From contig CM120641.1 of the NCBI GenBank assembly GCA_051362555.1, positions 40,740,401 through 40,804,400 on the forward strand: 64,000 nucleotides of DNA. Direction: 5' to 3'. Below the pieces are notes generated by a model that did no database searches, was not told the origin of the DNA, and saw only the letters and a program-made list of their open reading frames with translations. The position numbers and the translations under genes are program-made. This document shows, one piece after another, positions 37,985 through 50,100 of this stretch. The stretch is from Lingula anatina (Eukaryota; Animalia; Brachiopoda). The stretch's first letter is position 1. Every line of letters starts with the position of its first letter.

Positions 37985-38094
37985 CATGGGCGTCCGCAGG
38001 GGGGGGGGGGGGGGGTCAATGCGGGTACCCAGCCAATCATTATCTCCCCCTTAATGACTTTCCCCCCCTGGAAAATTTTCTGCGGACGTCCATG
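37985..38094. mobile_element. 110-bp hAT-type MITE
   Basis: 15-bp TIRs CATGGGCGTCCGCAG / CTGCGGACGTCCATG (1 mismatch) flanked by a perfect 8-bp TSD GACTACAT (37977-37984 and 38095-38102). Confidence 0.9.
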
Positions 38095-38240
38095 GACTAC
38101 ATGTGCCTTTTCTAGTAGCTAGTGGGTTATTTCAACTTTCTGTTTTCATATGCCCCCTCGCTGAATTTCCACCGATAATGTAAGGTACTCGTTTCCACGC
38201 TGATGGTGCGAAACAGGGGAATGCAAGTAGTCCTTCGAGC

Positions 38241-38243
<3 letters not shown>

Positions 38244-38281
<38 letters not shown>
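38244..38281. repeat. (GT)n microsatellite
   Basis: Pure GT dinucleotide run. Confidence 0.95.
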
Positions 38282-38286
<5 letters not shown>

Positions 38287-38829
38287 CTTTCAGGTTCTAA
38301 GTTTTATTATCACAAAATATTTCTGTAAACATTTGTGGTGTTTTTAATGTATAGAATAGAACTGTAGAGGAGCCTGCTTTTTACTTTTATTTGTACTACT
38401 CAATAGGAAGGTTCTCAATTTAAGAAATAATAACTTCAACCATTTCAATGATTTATTATTTTTATTATTATTATCAACAATTGTTTTTGTAGTTATTATC
38501 AGACACTGTTTATTGTTATTGCTATTGTTATTGCTATCATTATTTACCCTAGCCAGCTATCGTCATTCAAAATATCCGCCATTTTGAATTTTCGTTAAGT
38601 ACCCATGACATATTCCGGACAAAAATGTTTTAATGCTCAAATTGTAATAAAACTACGTCAGTTTTTAGATAAAACGTAATTTTTTCAATGTCCATATACC
38701 TAAGATTAGTGTCCAAGTGCTTGGTGTTTTTGGAGACGTCAAATTGGGACAACTTTTTCAAATTTGCCGCGAGAAATATATAACACTAAAATGAAAAATT
38801 CGAATTCGAGGCAACTGAGGGGATTTTCC

Positions 38830-39196
38830 TCTACGTCATTAACTAGGAATCAACGGGATATTCCCAATGAGAACCAATCAGCATCCCGATGTTTGGGATA
38901 CCCCCCCCCCCCCCCCCCCTTGCACATAGCGCAAGCACCATGGAAGTGCGATCTTGGAAAATGGCCGCCGCTAATCGCGGAGATTGTAACATACCTACTG
39001 TCTCTATTGACTCTTCAGGTATTTCAATGTGGCGGGGATTAGATGCATGGACAAGTATTTTATGACAAGTATTTTTTTAACAATCACGATTTATGTTAAC
39101 AAAGATTCTGATCATTTATTCATTATTTTTGTTGTTTCTTCCATAAACAGAGAACAAATTATTCGTCACCGAATCGGCACACATCAGGACACACAG
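38830..39196 (+). promoter_or_regulatory. Probable DHTKD1 promoter/5' region
   Basis: CpG-richer segment just upstream of the ATG, with two CCAAT boxes (~38864, ~38874), TACGTCA and a YY1-like AAAATGGCCGCC (~38958). Confidence 0.45.
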
Positions 39197-42100
39197 ATGT
39201 TGTCGGCGTGTAAATTATCATCACGTCAGTGGCTGTCGAGTTTGTCAACATACTTCAGACGTTCACCGGGAGCCTACTATCACACCAAGCATTCCGTATA
39301 CGGATATAAACTGCCAACCCAGACACAAGAAATCAACGAGCTTGGTTCGAGCACAGGTATTTATTTTGCCTGCTTGACTGCATAAGTAGCGCAGCGTGTT
39401 CTGCAACTGTGTACTTAGGCCTGGGTCCCAACCCAACGTGCGGGCCTCTGTAGACGTCTGGGCCCCGTATCTCGAAAGCTTCGCTTATGGCGAGCGTGCG
39501 CAAGCATGGCGAGCGTGCGCTATCCCATATCTCGAAAGCTTCGCAAATCGCGGCCGTGCGCTAATGGCGAAATCACCATTAGTTTCGAGGCTATTATTTG
39601 CGGTGATACAAACTAGTCGCAATGGCCTCTGCGTATGCATAATTTGTCATTTTAATGTGTCTTTCATGTAATTAAACGTGGCGGCAAGTTTGGGTTGCTA
39701 GTCATAAAAGCATATAACAAAACATATAACAAAAAACATGGAAGCTTATAATAGATTGAATCACTCGGTACCTCTGATAGAAAAACTTGCGGTAAATGTT
39801 CACGTGAAGAATGCTAAAGTCATGTTTTATTATGCATAAAAAATTCAAAATTAAATATTTCATACATCATTTTATATTTTCTGATGAATATAATTCATCT
39901 GTGTAGTCTGTTGATAATAATCATAAATTTAAAAGTGTTATTTTCTACACAAAATGAAAAAGCAGCTAAACAAAGCATTCGGTCGCACCGTGACCTTCCT
40001 CAATGTCTATTATTGTGAGACTGAACACTACTCACCAATGTGTCAGTATTTGTGTCAGTCCAAGCTTCGCTTATTGAATTGTTATTTGACATTTTATTGG
40101 TGTCAAACACTTCTAATATCAGTATTTGTAATTATGACATTCCTATAAATAAAAACAACCTCTTCATTTGCGTCATGGTGAAAAAATATTGCATTTCGTG
40201 TAATTGTGTTACACGTATGACGTCTTCACTTTATGCGGCAATCGAATTTTAGTAGAGTTTGAGGTTATAATTGCGTTGCGTTTGCTAAGGCTTCGAGATA
40301 GCAGGTGGGTGCAATCGCACTCGCAAATAGCGCGGAATCGCCATGCTCGCGCCCGTGCGCAACATAGCGAAGCTTTCGAGGTACGGAGCCTTTGTCTACG
40401 GCCAAAAAATTGGGTGAAAACGTGGGATTTCGTGCGTGAGGAGCACGTCCATCGTACAACATTTGGAGGTCGCAGACATGATCGTGTAGCCGCTGCGTGC
40501 GGTATACGAATTCTCAAAAAAAAAAAAAAAAAAAAAAAAAATGGAAACACGTTCGTCCGTCGCGCTTGGGTGGCTACGGTGCGTGCGATGCACGTGGTAA
40601 AGGCGCTCGATACATGTACTTATTTCTTGCTCACTACGTGCTCACTCCACACTTCCGCGCGCCCACCACGTGGACCTAACGGGCTTCGTGCATGTTGAGC
40701 GAATAGTGGTCACTTCATGCGAAAGGAACGTGAGTTTAAAAGGAGGGGCATGAACGAAAAAAGCAAATTATTTGTGCCTTTGATGTCAAGTTTTAAAAAT
40801 GCCTAAAAAGACAACAAAGAGCAAGAGGGGTAGAGGAGGCAAGCCAGGTATGATTGGGCTCACCATCTTTGTACACTGCTGCGGATATAATGACTGCACT
40901 GTTTTTATACCCTTCCAAAAAACGTTTCAACATACACGCAAGACTGGCGTGCAAAGGACGAGCAACAACCGTAGGAATTCAGTCAGAAAGACTGCCCTGA
41001 TTCCACTTCCGAAGCCCGTACTCCTTGTATGCACAAGGTACGTAGTGCACGATGCTTGTACTTTGCATGCACGGTGCGCGCGGGACACGTGCGAAAGCCC
41101 GGCAGGCGCAGAGGTACTTCTGACGTGAGGAGGCTGTGCTTCTCACGTACTTTCCACGCACTTTCTTCTTGCGCACTCACTGCAATCACCAATTACTGGA
41201 TTCCTTCCCTGCGATCTAGCTACGGCACAGCCAGACGAGAGGAACCTTAAAAACGAGAGGAACCCGCGTGTAGTTGGGACCCAGGCTTTATGTAGACGTA
41301 TTGCTTTTATTTTCTCACTGCTTGTATGTCATATTTACGTTTCAGGAAAACTTGTGACGATCGGGTATGGCTGTACTGTTTATCGGAAAGAATACTTCAA
41401 AATTCAGGGTTTTGTTATTATCATTACTATTTTATTTATTTTTAATTATGTGGTCAGTACGGAAAATTCTGAGACATATTTTGTACAGACACACACCCAC
41501 ACACACATATATTAGCAGAATAAAATTATTATTTATGTTTTTTTTTTTTTTTTTTTTTGGGGGGGGGGGGTTCCCATGTTGTTTTTTTATGTGTAATACA
41601 TGGCGTCCTGCAGACTACCGAAATATTAGAACCTATTCGGAATTGTACCTTTTTCGTGTAATGGCTGATTAATGAGACTTTGAAAGAAAAATAACACCGA
41701 CAGATAATATTGCTATGCACTGTCGGGCGTAAGTTGTCAATAAACAATTGTTTTATTCTACATCTGACTTTGATTCTGATTGAAATAACAGTATTTAGTG
41801 CCCTAATGTAGCTTTTATCCGTATATAGAGCCCGTTCTCCGCACGTTCGGCTGTCACCTTGAACGTTTGTTGAATCTGAAGGCAACCTAGCTGTAACGAT
41901 GTTTATTACTGTATAAATAATATACATATGAGCGTTTTCCCCTTTTTTTGCATTTTGGTACCCTAGGTTCTAGATTCCGGTATTGCCAGCTCGATCTTGA
42001 TTTCATATATAACCCATAGTAGCAATACCAGGTAAAAGCGAAAAAGCGACTCCACCACGAGGTATATTCAGCAAGCTAGCTTTTACGTTGCTCTGACACT

Positions 42101-44345
42101 CAGGGTACATTTTGGAAGACTAGTATTCAGTAGTAAACATCGTTTGACGTGGTTGTCAATGCAACAAATGTGACAACCGGGTCTGGTTTGGAAACCTCTT
42201 TCTGGGCCCTATACGTTTTTTTTCAGTAAAGCAAGATCTTATGTTAAATTTCTGTCAGCTGATTTTCCAGCTATTTCATAACGGAAGACGCTTGTGGTCG
42301 GTTGTGGACGGCGTTTAGGTACACCGCAATTTCAATTCTGCCCTGATGCAACTGTTTATTTTCCAGTATCTTAGATTATTCCCTTAGTCAAGTTAGTGTC
42401 TTCATATTGTCATATATAAAAGTATAATAAACTTATTTTTTCTTCCAAATTTTATTTTTTGACCTCTGAAGACCCCATTTTGATTCAAAATCAGATAGAA
42501 AACAGCAATTTACTGAGATTGGTGACAGCATATCGAAGACATGGACACAGAAAGGCAGCCCTTGATCCCCTAGGGAGACTAAAACCACAGTAAGTACTTT
42601 TGGGAACAAAGCCTCTTAACACAGCAAGTGGTATCCTAGCAATTTATCAATTCAATTTTTCAATTCAATTTATTTCTGTACTGGTACATAGATTATCATG
42701 ACCTTATACAATATTATATACTAATGACGATACAATACAATTGGTGCATTACCATTTCTCTAGTTGGTAATTGTGTTGCCTGTTTGTGAATGAAAAAGTA
42801 ATCTTTATATAATGAATATCGATGCAGTCTGTAATGGTACACTTGAAGAGGCACTATAGTTTGTGCTATATGGTACATGTATGCTACAGATCTCGTGTTT
42901 TAATATTTATGTCAAGTTTACACAACTTAACATCCTGCTTTTTAGTTCCTTAATTGGTTGTTTGTAGTGCAAAAGCAACATTTAGTAAACCATGCCTGAA
43001 ATAAAGGACCATAATTAAGTTAACATGTTATACCTACTAATTTTTTAAAGATCAAATATATTTAAATGTGGGTGATTCATTTCATTTATTGTAAAAAGGG
43101 AATGTGCAGAATTGGATCCTGTCTATTATGGATTAGGTGAGGCTCAGTACACTGCTCACAATCTTTATGGCATCCTGCACAGTGGATCAGAGTCTGCCAC
43201 CACTGAAGAGGTCTTGCAGTTCTTGGAACAAACTTACTGTGGAAACAGTGCAGTGGAATTTGAACATTTAGCTGTAAGCACATAAGATGTCTTTATAATT
43301 ATTGTCAACAGTGTGATTTTTTTTTTTTTTTTTTTTTGAAGATTTTATGCCATTTTTGAATGAAAGTTTCTTTCAGTCTTCCTTCCTCTATTTTTTAGTA
43401 AAATATTTTGATAAGCTACTGGGATAAAAATTTACAAAATGTGCATTATCATAATTAGAAATTCAAGATTACAAAAATATTTTGTTAATAAAGTATGATT
43501 TATGTTGTTAAAATTTGTCATTCAATTGTTTTCATTAAATATCATACCCAATAATCCAGTCACTGGAAGAGAGGAACTGGTTTGCCAAAAGATGGGAAGA
43601 AAGCCAATTTGAAGAAATTTCAAAGGATAAAAAGATTGCATTAGCAAACCTTATGCTTAAGTGTCAGGTACCTTGGTTTTTTTAATGGTTATATTGGCAT
43701 TGATAAGTTGAAGATTATGGAAAAATACTGGCATGAATTTTGATTACTTCTCATTTCATAAAATCATTTATATTAGTTGAAGCAATATGATGTAAAAAGA
43801 ATGTATGATTCAATTAAAAGCCATCTCAAATCAAACATTTGAAAAGGTACATGTACATGTATTAGAAGAGTTTCAAAGAGATGCATTTCAATGCACCAGC
43901 TGTCATTTCTGTTTTAATCTTCCAAAATATTCAATAATATGGTGATATAAAATAAGTAATAAAATATATCACTTAAATCCTTCTAATCAGAGTCATGTTT
44001 TTGTGGATCTGATATATAATATACTATCAAAAGGCTAAAAGAAATACTGTCATATGAAATATGTTTTTCACTTTTTTAGGCTTTTGATCACTTTCTTCAC
44101 ACTGAATTTTCCACTGTGAAGCGGTATGGAGGTGAAGGAGCAGAGAGCATGATGGGATTTTTTCAAGAAATATTTGAAAGATCTGCTGAGCGTAAGTACA
44201 GACTTGTAATATTAATATTTAATGTTGAAAAATAAAAACCTTGAAAATTGGTAATTGCTGTATTACATGTAGTTTAGTGTTTTAGAGGTGTACACTCATG
44301 CTGAAGTTCACCTGGTGGTTCACTGTATTTACATAAACTGATTTT

Positions 44346-44400
<55 letters not shown>

Positions 44401-47092
44401 ACAAATGCCAGTCTTACTTTTTGCTTTACAGTTAATATTCAGGATGTTATAATTTCTATGCCTCACAGAGGAAGACTCAACTTGCTGACATGCATGCTCA
44501 AATTTCCACCAGTGCAGATGTTTCAGAAGGTATTTTTTGTTATGAAATATTCTGCTCTTTAGAATGTAGTTGTAATAACTTTGATTCATTTTATTTTATT
44601 ATGGATCCAAGGTAGTAGTGATTATGATCTGTGAAAGAAGTAAACTTTGGACTCTTGCATAATGAATAAAAAATAGATATGACAATCATTTGGCTGAACT
44701 TTACTGTCTTGGCAACTCTTATACTGGCTTTGCTGACTTTCTTTTGTAGATGAAAGGTATCAGTGAATTTCCTCCTGGTGTGAAAGGCAGTGGGGAAGTA
44801 TTACATAATCTAAGTACGTGTAAGTGAAACAGAGCAGGGTGAAAAGTGATTCTTGCTTATGCTCTTAAGGATATTGTCACCCTTTGCCCAAAACTCCTTA
44901 TTTACTGCCTTACATACATTCTTTTGGGTTATAAATAAATGTTCAGTGATCAGTGACTAAATTGATTAAATTTACACATATGTCATTTTTTGGGTGATGT
45001 CACAATTGTGATTTTGGGGTAAAAACTAAAAAATCGGTTTCTCTGATTTTTCTTTTACCTGAGCATCCACAATCACCATTTCAACATCAATTTAATGACA
45101 CCATTTAGTACTCTAAAAGCCCTGCCAGGGATTTTTCTTAAAAGTCATAGTTCAGATTTTATTGTTGATAAAGCAAAATAATGCCTTCGTTTAATGAAAA
45201 TCTGTAATTAGGGGATCATAACTCCATAACAAAAGCATTTACACCAAAATGGTGGCACAGGATTGTAGCTTATACTCTCCTGGTCAATTCTGCCGATTTT
45301 TGTGATAAAATCTTGTTCAGTGATGATGTTACACCCCATGCCTATTGCTTGCTCATTTCAGAATAGAAAGGTGTTAAATTGACGATTAAAGCTTTAAGTT
45401 GCCTATGCTTATGTATATGCAATGAAAAATTGCCAATATTTTTTATTTTTGGGAGTTTTTTTCATTGTTTTAAAGAAGCACAAAGATAGCTGCATTATTG
45501 AATAATTAGATGTAGGAAAAATTCATTTTCGGTATCTGGATGATAATAAAGGGTTACAATAACCTTAAGACTATTAAAACAAAATTTGATTATATAAATT
45601 TAGATATTAGAATTGAGATTTTTAATATTCAGGTTAATTGAAAATAACAAACATTTATGTAATTAAGCTAGTTAGTGTCCAACAAATGGAGATTTTATGA
45701 AAAAACAGCATTGATAAGTACTAAAAATCATTACAATGATATGCATGCATTTAACTCTTAAACCTTCATGGACTAAATGCTACTTTTTTGAAAAATATTC
45801 CAGCTTCTTCAGTAGATTTAAATTATGGTGAAAAGAAGATCTGTGTCACAATGATTCCAAATCCATCTCATCTGGAGGTCAGTAGATAAGTTTTCTACAA
45901 ACTGTAATTTAGCTTATAATTTAAGTTGCTGCCCAGTTAGCTTCTATGGAATATCGATCTTAATAAATAGCATGATTTATTGTGGCAAGTTGACTATGGA
46001 GGATGACACATTATTGGTTGAAATTTTGACATGGGGAAGAAAGGGTCATGTTGCAATAGCTGTAAGCAATATGATTTATTAAAAGTATGGTCATGTTTGC
46101 ATAGGCCAGCAAGCCAGTAGCTGTTGGTAAAGCCAGAGGAAGACAACAGACACTTAAAGATGGACATTACTCTGATGACCCAGCTGCTGTGATGGGGGAT
46201 AAGGTGCTGTGTCTACAAGTCCATGGAGATGCTTCATTCTCTGCACAGGTGTGGCATTTTTTTTTTATTCTATATACATTTTGAAAAATATGTTTATTGT
46301 AATGAGGCAGATTTCCTTGTACTATTTATATACAGAATATATAATGACATGTTTGGTTTTTATTCTCATTCTCAGATTTATATTTGAAAATAAGTAAGCA
46401 TTGTGGTTTTGTTGATTTACAATGGGAAAACAAAGTATTTGACAATTTGCTTTTTGGAAGGGAAAACAGAAGTATGTACCTACAGAAAGCCTGACTGATG
46501 TTGAAATCCATATTTCAGGGTGTGGTTGCAGAAACCTTTGCGATTGCCAACACTCCACATTTCACTGTGGGAGGAAGTGTGCACCTCATAATCAACAACC
46601 AGCTGGGATTCACTACGCCATCTGAGAGGGGAAGGTATGGTTCAGAATGATTTTAGTATATCAATAATATCAAGGGTATTTTGCTTCTAAATTGAATGAT
46701 GAAAATTGTGCAATCGCTGCTCTCTATTTTGTTTCAGATCATCTCTGTATTGCAGTGACTTGGCAAAAATGAATGCTTGTCCAGTGATACATGTAAATGG
46801 AGATTACCCTGAGGTATAGCGCCATAAAGAAATACTATTTTGATGAAAATGCTGACAGGTGTACAATATTTTTATTCCACACCTATTTTAGGATAATTTT
46901 ATTAGCACATACATAAGATATGTGCAGAAAACAGAAAAATATAGGTAATTGAAAATATTTCTATTTTACATAAATGTAAATTTACATATAAATTAAGACA
47001 TTCTTCTAAAAATCAAGTTTTTGATAACCATTATTGTGTCTCCCTTTTGCAAACAAATCAAGAGTTTTTATTAACCCATGTTATGAACAGAC

Positions 47093-47151
<59 letters not shown>

Positions 47152-50100
47152 TAAACTTTGAACTGTTTATCTGTAAGCATTGCTGTCTATTTGTAATTTC
47201 CATTTTAGGAAGTAATTAGAGCTACCCAGCTTGCCATGGAATACAGACAGAAATTTAGAAAAGACATTGTGATAGACCTCATCTGTTATAGAAAATGGGG
47301 GCATAATGAGTTAGATGACCCCTCTTTTACCCAGCCACTTATGTATGAAATCATCAAGAACAGAGCTAACGTACCAGATCTCTATGCAACAAATATTGTA
47401 GTAAGTAAATTTAAATTTTAGGAAGTGACTAAAATCATAACATATAAGCTTATGCAGTTTAATTGGTCTTTTTAAAATTTTTTTTTGTTTTGCCCTGAAA
47501 TCTGTTTTTGTACTGAGTGCATACCCATATTGTAGAGTCTAAAAGCATTTTGTCATACTTCTGACATATTAGCAAAATGTTCATTTTAAGATGGTAGAGG
47601 GTGTACCATCAGAGTGCATGTACTGTAATAGTCATTTCATTAAAAATAGGTCTAATCAATTTCCAGTGCCTTTATCTTATCTTGCATTGAAACTCTTTCA
47701 GGAAACAGGTCTTTGTTCTACGGAGGAGTTGGACTCAGCAGTAGCCAGTTGGAATAAAGAACTCAATAATGAAATGACTAATATTGATACTCACGTTCCC
47801 AAGGCAAGGGTGTAGTGTGACTTTTTCCATGAAAAATAGAGCATCTTTATGAAGTTTGATTCTGAACATATTTTGCAAATTGTTAATGGTTTACAACATC
47901 TAAACTAATTTCAGATAAAGAGAGAGAGAGAGGTATATTGGGAGGAAGCTGACATTCTTTGAAAGTTTTATTTGCTCTCTCTTTAGGCATATCACTTGGA
48001 GAAGCACTGGCCAGGTTATGTCCAAGCACCTGCCAGTCAAACAACATGGGACACTGGGGTGCCCACTGATCTCCTGAAGTATATTGGTGCTAAGTCTGTG
48101 GCAGTACAGGATGATGTGGTGAGGTTTCATTGCTACACCCCATGATAATGTAGTGGTTTTACGCTAACCACTTAATTACTAGAGAATAATTCTGTTCAAG
48201 AATAACATCTTGTTTTCCATATATTAATAGAAGGTAATATTTGTGATTTTGAATTCTAATATTTTTGTTATAATTAGAGATTTTAAAATTCTGCTAATTT
48301 CCCTTCCTGTTTGGTTGTATTGGTAACACCTGGGGCAAGATCTGAAATTTTGCAAAGGAGCATTTGATTTTTACAGGCAGTTCATAATACGCTATCTAAG
48401 CATCACATTGACAAGCGTGTTCAGCAGTTAGAGGATGGGTCTAATTTGGACTGGGCAACTGCTGAAGCCTTGGCCATAGGCTCTTTACTTTGGCAAGGCA
48501 AGTAGGAAGTATGAGCAGTATTTCACATTCTCACTGTGGACAAATCTAAACCGAAGGCAACTTGATGGAGAATGTGGAATATTATCTATTGTTTCAGCAT
48601 TTAAATTTATATTATATGATTATAATACAGTAATATGATAGTTTGCTTAGGAAAATACAGTAGATTAAGATCTGTGGAAGCTTCTGATAAATGTTTTGTT
48701 TTGAATGCTCTGAAGAAAGAAGAAAAAAAGAACAGCTACAAAATACCTTTGTCTTTTAAAAATTATTTCTCCTTGAATGTTTTTTTTACCAAATAATGAT
48801 TTGTGTAACAGGTTACAATGTGAGATTTTGTGGGCAAGATGTTGGGAGGGGCACTTTCAGCCATCGTCACATGATGCTGGTCGACCAATCACACGATGGG
48901 ATTGTTATTCCTCTGAACCACATGACGGATCATCAAAAGGGGTTTCTAGAGGTTTGAAATAGTGTAGACTTTAAATTTGATAAGGTACAGACTGAATCAA
49001 ATTTTCAGTTGATTTATATAATAATTTTAATATTATTTTGAATAATTTTATAAAAATTATACTTAATTTAAATTTTGACAATATATTGGCCATTTTTGTC
49101 ATATTGATAATGATACAAAAATTCTTAAACACTGCAAAATAATCCATCTTAAAATATAAACTTTACAAGAATGAAAATGGTTGTTTTGCTCACAGGTCTG
49201 CAACAGTGCTCTTACAGAACTTGCAGCTCTTGGCTTTGAATATGGAATGAGTACAGAAAATCCTATATCTTTAGTCATTTGGGAGGCACAGTTTGGAGAT
49301 TTCTTCAATGGAGCTCAAATTATAATTGATACGTACATTGCCTCCGGTGAAAGTAAGTATGTGCTCACAAATTGAAGGTTAATACGTTAGGATAGACTCC
49401 AAATATTTAATTTTTGAAAGAGTTAGATGAAGTCCTTTTTTCAGGAACTGCATTAACATGCCTAGTCCATTCCAATCAAGTGTTTATAAAATAACTTTTA
49501 TTACTACAGACTGGAAACTTTTTTATTTTATTTCATATCAGCCAAATGGCTCCTACAGAGTGGCTTGGTGATGTTGCTACCCCATGGTATGGATGGTGAA
49601 GGCCCTGAGCATTCTTCATGTAGAATTGAAAGATTCTTACTGGTTGGTACCTTAACATCTATGTAGAGAGCCAAATATTTGGAATCTTTTTATATATATG
49701 GTGGGTTAAAGTTTGTGAAAGCTGTCAGCAAACTCTCTGAAAAGAGATTTCATGATAAATGTTTTTCTTTCTTTTTTCTTCTCCTCTTTCTTTCATTTTG
49801 AGTTTGCACAGTTTGGCTACCTCAAAGGAAAGTTTCCTAAAGGTGCAGAAGACATCCATTATTTTTGACATACCCACCCCCCTCCAGTTACTTTGAAGGG
49901 TTAAAATACAAATGACAAACCAAAATCTTCATATTTTGATCAGCAATGTGATAGCAAAGAAGATGGTTTTGATGGGGATGATGTCAACTGGCATATTGTA
50001 AATCCCTCAACACCTGCCCAGTATTTTCATCTCCTCAGGAGGCAGGTAGGTTCCTTTAAGATCAGTTTTGATTCTAATCTTGTATGACATAATGCTCTGC

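Noticed and set aside
39396-41250. Many overlapping 60-164 aa ORFs as a possible transposase or novel gene
   Set aside because: They lie in GC-rich non-autonomous element interiors, cross poly-A runs, and show no DDE or Myb/SANT motifs.
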